The notes under the pieces: model-generated
What the model was told of the DNA's origin: nothing
What the model saw: the letters and a program-made list of their open reading frames with translations, nothing else
Databases searched by the model: none
Translations under genes and position numbers: made by a program
From: Eledone cirrhosa
Taxonomy: Eukaryota
NCBI GenBank assembly: GCA_964016885.1
Contig: OZ024746.1
Coordinates: 30,628,001-30,692,000 of the forward strand
Direction: 5' to 3'
Length of the DNA stretch: 64,000 bases
Shown here: positions 41,475-54,800 of the stretch, in pieces
Position numbering within the stretch: the first letter of the stretch is position 1
Layout: every line of letters starts with the position of its first letter

Positions 41475-42179
41475 TTATCGGGGAACATCTTTGTTACTGA
41501 CCCGAGACTTTCTAGATTTAGCAGAAGTTGATCTTAGAGATGAACCAGAGTTGGACCTTAAAGAAGGACTTGAACTATCAGTGGTGTCGCCGTTGTCTAC
41601 TGATCCTTTGTCCACGTCGAGTGGTTGAAAATCACGTAAGTCCGTAACTTTGTAATGGGTATCTTTGTGTTCCCAATCGTAAGGCAGAGATTGTTCTGAG
41701 GCACGGTTCTTCCACAATAAAGGTGCAACTTTCGGCTGCATACGTTTGACAGTGTCGTCACGAAGACAAGCAAACTTGCTTTTCGGTTGTGGTTTATTCA
41801 CAGGGGTAGTCGGTCCAATAACGGAATTAGGTACGTTCACTGATCCATTCGTAGGTTTAGGAAGGGATTCAGTTTTATTTTCATTTAATGTCTTCTGCTT
41901 CTCTTCTTTCTTCTTGCTTACGTCTCCATTTTCAGGTATTGCTTCTAAGGATGGCTGAGTTTTCGATGTTTGCGACTTGTCTATGTCAATGTCCTCACTC
42001 CAAGCAGCACTCTCTAATGTCGATATTAAGTTCACATTCTTCTGCTCAGCTGCCAAAATAAATTTACCATCCATGTTTTTTATATACATCTTCTTCTTCA
42101 TTTCTTTAATAATCATCGGAGCTTTTGTCCCTTTCTTCATGTATTCTTTCACTTGTTTAATTATCTCTTTTCCATAATA
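41475..42179 (-). CDS. iav: TRPV terminal coding exon (low-complexity cytoplasmic tail)
   Basis: TTTTCAG acceptor, in phase with the previous exon, 234 codons YYGKEIIK...NKDVPR then TAA. Confidence 0.8.
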   Translation of the reverse strand, partial: YYGKEIIKQVKEYMKKGTKAPMIIKEMKKKMYIKNMDGKFILAAEQKNVNLISTLESAAWSEDIDIDKSQTSKTQPSLEAIPENGDVSKKKEEKQKTLNENKTESLPKPTNGSVNVPNSVIGPTTPVNKPQPKSKFACLRDDTVKRMQPKVAPLLWKNRASEQSLPYDWEHKDTHYKVTDLRDFQPLDVDKGSVDNGDTTDSSSPSLRSNSGSSLRSTSAKSRKSRVSNKDVPR

Positions 42180-42813
42180 CTGAAAAAGAAAAAAAAAATG
42201 AAATTTGAACATGTTTACTTTGAACCCTTTGCTAAATATTTACTCATAATTTTGTGCTATGTGTATAGTCTGGTTTACAATAGGGACACCATATACATGT
42301 GTATAGTCTGGTTTACAATAGGGACACCATATACATGTGTATAGTCTGGTTTACAATAGGGACACCGTATACATGTGTATAGTCTGGTTTACAATAAGGA
42401 CACCATATACATGTGTATAGTCTGGTTTACAATAGGGACACCATATACATGTGTATAGTCTGGTTTACAATAGGGACACCATATACATGTGTATAGTCTG
42501 GTTTACAGTAGGGACACTGTATCCTTGTGTATTGATTTATAATAGGTACACCATATTCATGTGTGTACCTGGTTTACAATAGATACACCGTGTCCCTGTG
42601 AGTATCTGGGATTACATCAAACACAAACATCGGGTATATGTTTGATGTAATCCTGTTGTCTTATGGAACTAATTCTGAAATTAACACCTGATGAAATCGC
42701 CTAAGTTTTACATCATGATCAGATGATAAACCTGGGCATTTGAAATATGTATAGTGTTTTCATGGAATCAAAATTCTAAAGTAAATTTCCAGTCTGGCCT
42801 TCTGTTGTTTTTA

Positions 42814-42871
<58 letters not shown>

Positions 42872-43027
42872 TGATTTAAAACTGCACTATTCACAAGTGT
42901 TTTTTAACCTTCATATCATGTCTCCCTATTTTATCTGATGAAAACGCAAATGTCATCTCATGATGATATTTGTTTTTGAAATGCACATAATAAAATACAT
43001 GGAACTCTTTTAACCATCTTTTGATCT

Positions 43028-43070
<43 letters not shown>

Positions 43071-43253
43071 AGAAAAACCACAAACCCTCATCTCAATTCT
43101 ACTTTTGAAAAGCATAAGAACTGCGAAACCAGTAAAGGAACCAAATAAATATTCTTAAAAAGACTCCAGGTGCATTTTCGATTTCATCTTTTTTCCTTAT
43201 ACTTTCACTCGTGTAGGACATCTCGTTTTTTTTCATTTTGGAAAAAAAAACTC

Positions 43254-43322
<69 letters not shown>

Positions 43323-43769
43323 AAAGTTCTATTTAAAATTGTTGGGATACAACAAGTAAATATTTTTATAACTGATATAAAGCACTCGACAAATTTTTTG
43401 GAGTAGATATACGATATTAATAAATGGAAACTATATTTATAAAATCATATTTATTTCATTATACATATTTCAGGGATACCACATTAAATTATGGTATGCC
43501 TTCATCAGACAAAATACAATATATAACAGTTTTACAAATAGGTTTGACGTACCCTTTAAAATACAACCATTACTTTTGGAGGCTGTCTGGATAGTGATTT
43601 GTTCATATAATAAGTCATAGTGTTAAGCACAATTAGAAAAAGACGGAGAGAAAGAAAGAGAAAAAAACAGAGAGAGAGAAAGAAAAGAGAAAAAGAGAAA
43701 GAAAACCTGGAGAAATATCGGAGAGAGAGAGAAAAGTATGGAGAAAAGAAAGAGATAGATAAAGATATG

Positions 43770-43828
<59 letters not shown>

Positions 43829-46800
43829 ATTTCACACTTCACTTATAATGCACTCCTCAGATTTTGTCCATATTCCACCCACATTCAAACAACATTCCAT
43901 TCCCATCCCATCTACATTTCACCCCCGATATATTACACCACACATATATTACTCACCTTCCAGTTAGACAATGCTCCCTTACGCTGTGTTGCTCTTGTCT
44001 TATTTGACATCTTGATCACCATAAGCCCCCTGGGGGATCGTGATGACTCTCCGCTTTCTCCACTTTTTGTTATGGGAATGGAAAATTCCTCCTGGAATTC
44101 TCTCAATTCCTTCTCTGTGTAACTTCGTTCTAAAACCGATATTGTCTTGGCCCACTGTAATTATTGATATTTATTATTGATTATTGAATTAAAGACAGCA
44201 ATATGTATGTGAAGAAGAAGAAGAAAAAGAAGAAGAAGAAGAAGTGTGTCAGATAGTCAACATTTTTGCAGTGTAAGATGAAATGCCTTGTGATGTTTGT
44301 TCCAAGTCTGTGTGTTCTGAGTTTAAATCCCTCCAACTATCATTGGAAATCAGTGATATAATAGGATTGGGACCCCTATAAGATAAGGGGAAGGAATATA
44401 ATTTCACTGGTAAAATACAGGATGACAGATGTATATTTCAAGGAAACTGTTTCTCACTGTGCATGTATATTTTACTCTCTCTCTGGTATTATTTAGAGGG
44501 TTGGACGCCATGCTTTCTAGCATAGTTACGTCCCTTTACTGACTGAGTTCAAATCCCGCCGAGGTTAACTTTGCCTTTCATCCTTACGGGGTCGATAAAA
44601 TAAAGTACCAGTAATGTACTGGGTAATTGCTGGCCTTGTGCCTAAAGTAGAAACAATTATTTATACTGTCAATAAACTCCTTGTCCTTTATGCAAGAAAA
44701 TTGCACAGCATTATTGCAACAAATCAACAGATGAAAAGCTGTATATTTATCAGCAGAAAGTTAATCATAGTAATTAGGTAAGCAAAGCAGTCTATCTTGG
44801 ACCAACAACTGATATATTGGCTCTCATTTTGAAAGATATGCTTTTGCAATATCTATTTCAACACACGATTTCACATCAAGAAGCTTGCAAAACAAATACA
44901 TAAATGTGTGCCTTACCTGTTTTTTCCATTCAATCTCAGCCTTGTTGATAACAGATTGGTATGTATTGCCCATCATAGCAATTAACATATTAAGTAAAAG
45001 TATAGGCATAAGGATCATAAAGGCTAGAAACAGTAATTTGGTGAGTGCTGAGTAGTGAGCTTGATTCATATTATCATACTGTTGAAAGAAATGAAGAGAT
45101 TACAAGGAGACAAGAAAAACATACATGCATACATACATACGTACATGCATGTATGCATGCATGCATGCATGCATACATGGTGGCTGCCAACTCGTTTTCG
45201 AGTACGGCCACTACTTTATATCCATGTAGGAGAACCCCTACCGATGCGCTGAACGAGTGTGACTTTTTAGTCCAGTCAGCGACTTTAAAACTCTGATACA
45301 AATACAACACCTGTGACAATTATTGACACACAGTGCTGGGCCCATGGTACCATGTGACGACAAGTGCAGAGAGATCTCCAGTTATAAAGCAATGCCTGTG
45401 CCGTGAAGCTTTTATAGTGAGCAAAGGCACTGCACAAAGCCAGTCCCACTCTCTTAACCAAGAAGATATTTACCAAAAAGAAGAACAAGTCAACATCATT
45501 GGATACCATCAGGGTTGCAGGTGTTATATCAGAGTTTTCCTTCTCCTAGAATTCTGCCTTGACAAAGGCTAAGGAGTTTTGGATGGCCATTGACTCTTAA
45601 GAGCTCCTTTGCCCTTTGACAGGTTTTGTTTTTAGTCCTGCAGGATGCCCAAAGTCACCCTCCTCACCAAGAAACCTTGGTGGGTTGCCAGTTTAGTCGC
45701 CAACGACCCGACCATGGGACAGATTGTACTGGGATACATGTTACCAGTAGCACTAACTGGTGACCTGACATACATACATACATGCATATATACATACATA
45801 CATACATACATACATACATACATACATACATACATACATACATACATACATAATACTGTTTCAATCCTTTTGGTACCAAACTGTCTGAAACTATCCTTGC
45901 TTCTTTTATATAAAGCTGTTTATATTAAAGTGTTTCGATTTATCTAAAAACCTTTCATCATAATTTTATGTAAGATCCTTTCTTAACCCTTTAGCATTTA
46001 CATTACTCTATATTTACTATTATATTTTCATGGTAATGGCTTTACCTCCCAGAATTATCTTACATAATATCGAATCTAGATTTTGATATTATTTATTTTG
46101 AGAACAATACCTTAACATCAGTATGAGCAACCGGTTATGGCCAGTTTGAACAGAAAGAGGTGAGAGAATTCTGGCCAGATATAGCTTGTTTAAATGAGAA
46201 ACTTATTTATATTTTCTAAATCTCTCCAAATTATTTTTATTATTGTTATTATTTGATTAACATTAGTTCAAAGGCCAATCCAGCAGTGGACATAAATCAT
46301 CTTTATCCTATATACATGGTACTCTGGACTATATTACACCCAGCATTTTCTTCTCTTAGTTAGCTGTGCTTTCCTATTCATACACAATAACATTATACAT
46401 TCAACAGAGCATGTTCGAGTCATTTCTTTCTACCCTTCACACATTCATCATCATCACTTAACATCCATTTCGCTGCTAACATGGGCTGACAGGTCATCAC
46501 AGACCTAATCAGTTTTTAATCAATGCCCCTGATCTCTCAGACAGGCTGGAGCCTACATCGTGTTTACATATATTCCTACTCACAACAGAGTGCACTGAGT
46601 GTGTTTTATCATCAAATTATCACTAAGGTGGTTGTCATGTCTTTGACACAACTGAAGAATCTTCTCAACCAGTTGTTTTATAAGCTTTCTATGGCTGGAA
46701 GTCATTCCTATCACCAACCACTTTACAGAGTGTACTGGATGCATTGTATCATGGCAATAACACTAGAGTGATAGTTATTCTCTGAACACAACTGAAGAAT

Positions 46801-49800
46801 TCTCTCAATCCTTTGCATAAATAATTCAGTTTATAAAATATATCAACTACATATTATTCCTTTACAATATTTAGGGGTGGTGGATTGTAGAGGATCGGAA
46901 GCCATGCTTGACGCATAGAGTTACGGCCCTTGTCATTCTGAGTTCAAATCCTGCCAAGTTTAACTTTGCCTTTCATCCTTACGGGTTCGATAAAATAAAA
47001 TACCAGTAATGCACTGGCCTTGTGCCAAAAGTAGAAACAATATTTAATGTTTCTTTAGTTTTTTTTCTTCTTCTTCAAGGATAAAACTATAAAAGATTCA
47101 TTGAAAACTTACTGAAAATTCTCCAAGAGTCATCTGGAATAATGTAATAATGGTGGCTACTAAATCTCGGAAAGTTGTAATGCTAGAATCATCGATGTCC
47201 CGAAACAGAAAGTAAAACGCTGAAAAATAACCATTAAAATGATAAATAGTTATACTAGAACAGAGTATATATTTGAATGTTTAGGGTAAAACTAAGGCAA
47301 ATATAACTTTGATAACTTTGGTAGATTTCTGCCAGTATTGGCCCAAGCCATGTCTAACTTAATTGCACCACCTGGGGATACAACTATCATTTTTTAATTA
47401 GAAGCTAAGATTTCTAATTCAAAATATGGTAGTTATATCATCGACTTCAGTTTATTCTAAATCTTCAAGGTCAATATAGACAGGTAAGTAGGTCAACATG
47501 AACAGTTAAATAGAGAGATTGGTCAATATAGACTGATAGATTGGTCAATATAGACAGATAGATTGGTCAACATAGGCAGATAGATTGGTCAATATAGACT
47601 GATAGATTGGTCAATATAGACAGATAGATTGGTCAATATAGACAGATAGATTGGTCAACATAGACAGATAGATTGGTCAATATGGACAGATAGATTGGTC
47701 AATATAGATAGATAGATTGGTCAACATAGACAGATAGATTGGTCAATATAGACATAGATTGGTCAACATAGACAGATAGATTGGTCAATATAGACAGATA
47801 GATTGGTCAATATAGACAGATAGATTGGTCAACATAGACAGATAGATTGGTCAATACAGACAGATAGATTGGTCAATATAGACAGATAGATTGGTCAATA
47901 TAGATAGATAGATTGGTCAACATAGACAGATAGATTGGTCAATATAGATAGATAGATTGGTCAACATAGACAGATAGATTGGTCAACATAGACAGATAGA
48001 TTGGTCAATATAGACAGATAGATTGGTCAATATAGACAGATAGATTGGTCAACATAGACAGATAGATTGGTCAACATAGACAGATAGATTGGTCAACATG
48101 GACAGATAGATTGGTCAACATGGACAGATAGATTGGTCAATATAGATAGATAGATTGGTCGACATAGACAGATAGGCCAGCATAGACACTTAAATAGGTC
48201 AACTTAGACAAGTAGGTCAACTTCTTTAGATAAATAGGTCAACTTTGACCGTTAAATAGGTCAACATGGACAGATAGGTAGGTCAACATAGAAAACTAAA
48301 TAGGTCAACATAGACAGGTAAATAAATAACATATATACTCTTTTACTCTTTCACCTGTTTCAGCCATCCGGCTGAGGCCATGCTGGGGCACCGCCCTACG
48401 TATATATATTTTGTATATATGTATATATTACCTTGTGCAAAAGCTCCAATCATAATGAGATATATAATAACAAAACGAAAGACATCACCAATAATCATCT
48501 TGTAGACCATCGTCACAAACGGTCCTGTTAATACCATACCACTGAAGGATGAATAGAAAGATAGATATATCAGTTAACAGCTAAATATATAAGTAATAAG
48601 AGAAAGTGATAGAAATATAGTTGATAAAATACTGATGTGATAGAAATATATAAAAGGCAAAGGATGACAAATAAAATATAACAAAGTAATGTTTTACCCA
48701 GTATATTTCGGGCTAAAACCCTCTTTTCACATGTGAGGCAAAAATAGTTCAAAACAAAACAAACTATCATTATGTTCTTCCCTTGGATTGGCAGTATCGG
48801 TAGAGGGTCGGACGCCATGCTTTGATGCATAGAGTTACGTCCCTTGCCATTCTGAGTTCAAATCCCGCCGAGGTTAACTTTGCCTTTCATCCTCACGGGG
48901 TCGATGAAATAAAGTACCAGTAATGTACTGGGGAATTGCTGGCCTTGTGCCTAATGTAGAAACAATTATGTTCTTCCTTAACTGGCCTACGTGTCTGAAA
49001 TACACATGCATGAGTTCATTATAATAGCCAATCTGCTTCATACATTTTCAATCTTTTAATTTTCTTATGTCTTGACAGATATTTTCTAGAACAACACTTC
49101 CTACCAACCTAAGGCACACAATTAAAACACAAATCAATATCACTTAATTATATTCTTCCCCAAAAATATGACAGTTACCAACCATCCTAGTCATAATGTC
49201 CATTTGAACTTATACCTTGCAATCTGTTGAGGTCTCTGGCGAGACTTGGGGTCAGCTCAGACAAACACTAAGCAAAATCAAAATAATAATAATAACAATA
49301 ATAATTGTTTCTACTTTTCGCACAAGGCCAGCAAGTACCCAGTGCATTACTGGTACTTTATTTTATCAACCCCGTAAGGATGAAAAGCAAAGTAATAATA
49401 ACAACAGCAACTTACCGAGCAAAGAACAACAAAACACACCATGAACCAGGCACAGCTATAATCATGAGAAAATCTTCTTCATCGTCCAACTTGGCAACTC
49501 TCAGTGGTATACAGAGTAATGTGAGGACACAACATATAACAAATATTGTCTTGGATGGTGCATGACTCTACAATGGTTGAAAACAGGATAGAAAGATAGA
49601 TATATATCAGTCATTATTAAACCCTATTTTCTTTTAAAAGATACGATACTAATTAAGGTAGTATTAGACATATTACAGTCTTCAAAATATACTACACTAG
49701 ACAAGGTAGTACTAGATATATGGTGTCATCTTTTAAAATATGTTACACTAGACAAGGTAGTACTAGATATATGGTGTCATCTTTTAAAATATGTTACACT

Positions 49801-51081
49801 AGACAAGGCAGTACTAGATATATGGTGTCATCTTTTAAAATATACTACACTAGACAAGGCAGTACTAGATATATGGTGTCATCTTTTAAAATATGTTACA
49901 CTAGACAAGGTAGTACTAGATATATGGTGTCATCTTTTAAAATATGTTACACTAGACAAGGCAGTACTAGATATATGGTGTCATCTTTTAAAATATACTA
50001 CACTAGACAAGGTAGTACTAGATATATGGTGTCATCTTTTAAAATATACTACACTAGACAAGGCAGTACTAGATATATGGTGTCATCTTTTAAAATATGT
50101 TACACTAGACAAGGTAGTACTAGATATATGGTGTCATCTTTTAAAATGTTACACTAGACAAGGCAGTACTAGATATATGGTGTCATCTTTTAAAATATAC
50201 TACACTAGACAAGGTAGTACTAGATATATGGTGTCATCTTTTAAAATATACTACACTAGACAAGGCAGTACTAGATATATGGTGTCATCTTTTAAAATAT
50301 ACTACACTAGACAAGGTAGTACTAGATATATGGTGTCATCTTTTAAAATATACTACACTAGACAAGGCAGTACTAGATATATATGGTGTCATCTTTTAAA
50401 ATATACTACACTAGACAAGGCAGTACTATATATATGGTGTCATCTTTTAAAATATACTACACTAGACAAGGTAGTACTAGATATAAGATGCAGGGAAAAA
50501 GATAGGAGGGTCTTGGTTGGAACATTTTTGATAACTTCTGTGTAATCAAGGCCAACTTGGAGTCAAACAACAGTGATCTAATGTATTTGTTGGGCAGTGT
50601 ATGTAGAGGATATAAGAAGGCCGGAGTGAAATGAAGCAAGCATGGTTCGATTAATGTGTGCTGCTGCTGCTGATGATGATGATGATAACTTTAAGTTATT
50701 GGTGAAAATATGTGAAATTTGAGACTTACAGAATTTTTTAGAAACCCTCTCACTCCAAGTTGGAACAAGTCTTTTCCACTTTTTGACAACACAATGATAC
50801 ACAATAAACACACAATTATTTCACACAGGAATCGAACCTGGAAATAAATAGCAACAAATAATAAATAATTAATAATTGTTTCTAGTTTTGGAACAAGGCC
50901 AGCAAATACCCAGTGTATTACTGGTACTTTATTTTATCAACCCCATAAGGATGAAAGGCAAAGTTAATTAATAATACTACAGTTTTTGTTTTGTTTTTTT
51001 CTAAATCAGCATATGAAAACTTTATAATTAATTAGAGGAAGGCATTGTACAATACATGAACAAATATGAGTTAAATGATGA

Positions 51082-51116
<35 letters not shown>

Positions 51117-51788
51117 CAGCATCATCAATATATATATATATATATATATAATATTAGGTAAATTATGTATTAGTTAAACGCCAACACTATTGTATGCAGG
51201 ATAAAGCACTCTATGAAGTACACAAGTGGGGTCTGTTTACTCCAGAATATAATTATAATCATGAAGTACAAGTCAACAGGTTAGAATTTATTTCATTTAT
51301 TCATAATCGCTGTTATATATATATGTCAGTGATAAATGTTATGCAACAATTATGACCTCATCAGACAGCTAGAAGTTGAACAGAAAAAAAACAAAAAAAC
51401 ATAAAGATAGAATAAAGGTTACTTCTGTTATTTCGATTCTTTGATATGCTACAGGCTGATATTCTTTCTTAAAGCACCGGCGCTAAAGTAATATATTTCT
51501 TCATTGTACTGTATTTTTTGCTATGTTTTTTTTTCCATTTACTTTCCACATATATATGTATGTGTGTGTGCCTTTGCATGTGTGTGTGTCACATACATAT
51601 TAGTACACACTATAAAGTGATTGGCATTAGGAAGAACATCCAGCTGTAGAAGCCATACCAAACAGGAACATATGAAGATGTAGCCATTTAATTTGTTTAG
51701 TCTCAGAATGGGACAACCTGTTCAACCCATGCCAGCATGGAAGATGAATGTAAAATGGTGTTGATGATGATGAATGATGATGATGATG

Positions 51789-51823
<35 letters not shown>

Positions 51824-54800
51824 AATGATGAATTCTATAAGAGAAAGACAACTTACAGCATCTATAGCCCCTCTGTACTGAAGGAAATTATCAATGGGAC
51901 GTGTGTAGACTGCAATACTCAATAGAATGAGATGTAAAAGGGCAAAAACCAATAATTTGAAAAAACCTCTCTGAAATAGATAAACAATGAAAATAATTAC
52001 ATAATACACCATACATCATCATCATCATACATCATCATCATCATTTTACATCTGCATCCCCTAATAGCATGGGCTGGATGAGCTTATATGATCTGTAACC
52101 AGAGGGATTGGAGTGATCTATTTTGCTCATATATTCCATATTCAGCATGGTTTCTACAGCCAGATGCCATTCAAAATACCAACTAGCTTACAGAGTGTAC
52201 TGGGTGCATTTTTTCATGGTACCAGCACTAAAACTTTACAGAGTGGTCATCATGCATTTTATCATGGAACCAACACTAACATTTCATGGTTGTACTAAAT
52301 AAGTTTTATCATGCCACCAGCACTACATAGGTTGTTACATGCTTGTCTCAAACCTTACATCATTTTTGTTCAATCCAGTGAAAGAAAGAATTCATTTCAA
52401 GAGTTAAAAATGCAGAATAACTTTCTACATAGTGGCACATAGATGCCTTTACCATTTAAAATTTTAATAAATTTAACTATGGAAAATTTCCAGGAAACAT
52501 ATTTTCAAAATTTTAAATAAAAATTTTAAATAAATCATTTGTAAAGCAAAAAAAGATCTTAAGTCATCAACCACTTTACAGAGTGTACTGTGTGTATTAT
52601 ATTGTGGTACCACCACTAGAGAAGTTGACATCAACAAGATTAAAAGGTCTTCTCTACCATACATTGACTATCAACCACTTTGTAGAGTTTATTGGATGTA
52701 TTATAGTGTAGCACCAGCACTATTTACAGAGTGTACTGGGTGTATTATATCATAGCACCAGTACTAGAGAAGTTGTCATGTGATCAACAAGACTAAAAGG
52801 TTCTCTCTACCCTACCGTATCTCTGTATGATCATCAATAACTTTACAGAATGTACTAGGTGTATTATATCATAGCACCAGCACTAGAGGTTGTCATGTTA
52901 TCAAGACTAAAAGGTTCTCTTTACCCTACATTGACTCTATATGACCATCAACAACTTTACAGACTGTACTATGTGTATTATATCATAGCACCAGCACTAG
53001 AGGTTGTCATGTCATCAACAAACTAAAAGGTTCTCTTTACCCTACATTGACTCTATATGATCATCATCTACTTAGTAGTAATAAAGCTATCAAGATACTC
53101 ACCTGGGCAAATGTCTTCCATTTCTCATCAAGTAATTGTTTAATTACTTTACCTTCCATCATATCCAGATGTTCATCAGTTTCACCATCAATAATCAAGT
53201 TTAATGCAGACGTCCATGCTGGCAGTATGAAAAAGGTTTTGTTTTTTTCAATGAAATTAAATTCACAGCTCACACGTATATATAGGTTTCGCTGGCCTCC
53301 TACATGGTTGTATCTCATAGGAAGTTTCTTGAGTGTTATAATGATAGGGACACTGGCTCTATCATGTTGTTGTTACACCTATGCAGATTTAGTAGGAGTT
53401 GGTGCATATCTGCACCAACTCCTGCAATTCTTGCATTTAATTCAACCTCCTGCTATCCATCACTCATAAACAAGGCCTCAAGATACTTGAACTTCTCCAC
53501 CTACTTCAGTGGAACTCTATTCACGTGTAGAGTGCTCTGCACAGGCTTCCTTAAGAGGACAAGTGCAAAAAGAAGGACTTATTTCCAAGCAAAGCTTTGT
53601 AGGTCTCCTTCTTTGCTTGGATGGCATCTTTGACCTCTTGATTAAACCAAAGGGTCCTCCTGCCATCAGGTGCCACATGAAGCCTCTTTTGCCCGCAGCA
53701 TTTAACAATGTTGTATATATATATATATATATATATATTGTAGGTAACACGGTAAAAACCTCCCAGTTCCACACTGTAAATGTGGTTGGTTTTAGGAAGG
53801 GCATCCAGCCATAGAAAACCCGCCAGACAGTCCTATGCAAGCAAGACAACCACTCTTGCCTCAAGTGGGAAAACTCCCGTCCAAACCCATGCAAGCGTGG
53901 AATACGGACGTTAAACGATGATGATGATGATCGGACTGCCCAGCACTATAAAAGACAGGTTCTATGAGACACTGATGCTCACTACCTCCCAAATAACCGA
54001 CAGTGACTATATAATTATTGCAGGCGACCTAAACGGTCATGTTGGACAACATTGTGACGGCTACGACGAAATCCATGGAGGCTATGGGTTTGGTACTAGA
54101 AATGAGGAAGGCTCCAGAATCCTGGAATTCTGTGACGCAAATAACCTAACTATCTGCAACACTAACTTCAAAAAACGAGACAATCACTTGATCACCTACA
54201 GATCAGGGGAACACACAAGCCAGGTAGATTATATCCTTACCAGAAGACGTGACAAAGTGACTGTTGTAAACACTAAATCCCTCCCCCATGAAGAATGCAC
54301 CTCCCAACATAGACTGATAATTAGCGACCTAATAGTCAGGACGAGACGTACTAGACAACAGAAGAGGAGAAAAATATGGAAGCTAAAGGACCCCACAGCC
54401 AAAAATAAATTCCAAAGCATATTACTTGATGCTTTCGACAGTAAGGAAGAGCAATTAGAGTCGTACAAGGTAGAGGAACAGTGGGAATTCCTGAAAGCAA
54501 ACCTGCTGACGGCGACAGACGAAGTCTGTGGCTGGAGCAGGCCTGTAGGCAGGAGGAGAGTAACATGGTGGTGGAACAGTAAGGTGGAGGGGTCAATTAA
54601 GGCCAAAAAGCAGGCTTGGAAAGTATGGCGGGATGGGGGAAGCAGAGAAGACTATCAAGTGGCCAGGAGGGAAGCTAGGAGACAAGTGTACTTCGCAAGA
54701 AGGGAAGCAGAGGAAAGAAAGTTCAAGCATGTTCTACAACGTGAGGACCAAAAACGTGAAGGTGTTCAGGATTGCTAGGCAATGTGTCAAGGAAAACAGT

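Noticed and set aside
48783-48870. Possible tRNA genes at A/B-box sites
   Set aside because: They continue into a conserved SINE body and tail and lack a full cloverleaf, so they are SINE heads
49720-50545. ORFs of repeated [17 protein letters not shown]
   Set aside because: 51-bp minisatellite inside a TRPV intron; open only because the unit is a multiple of 3
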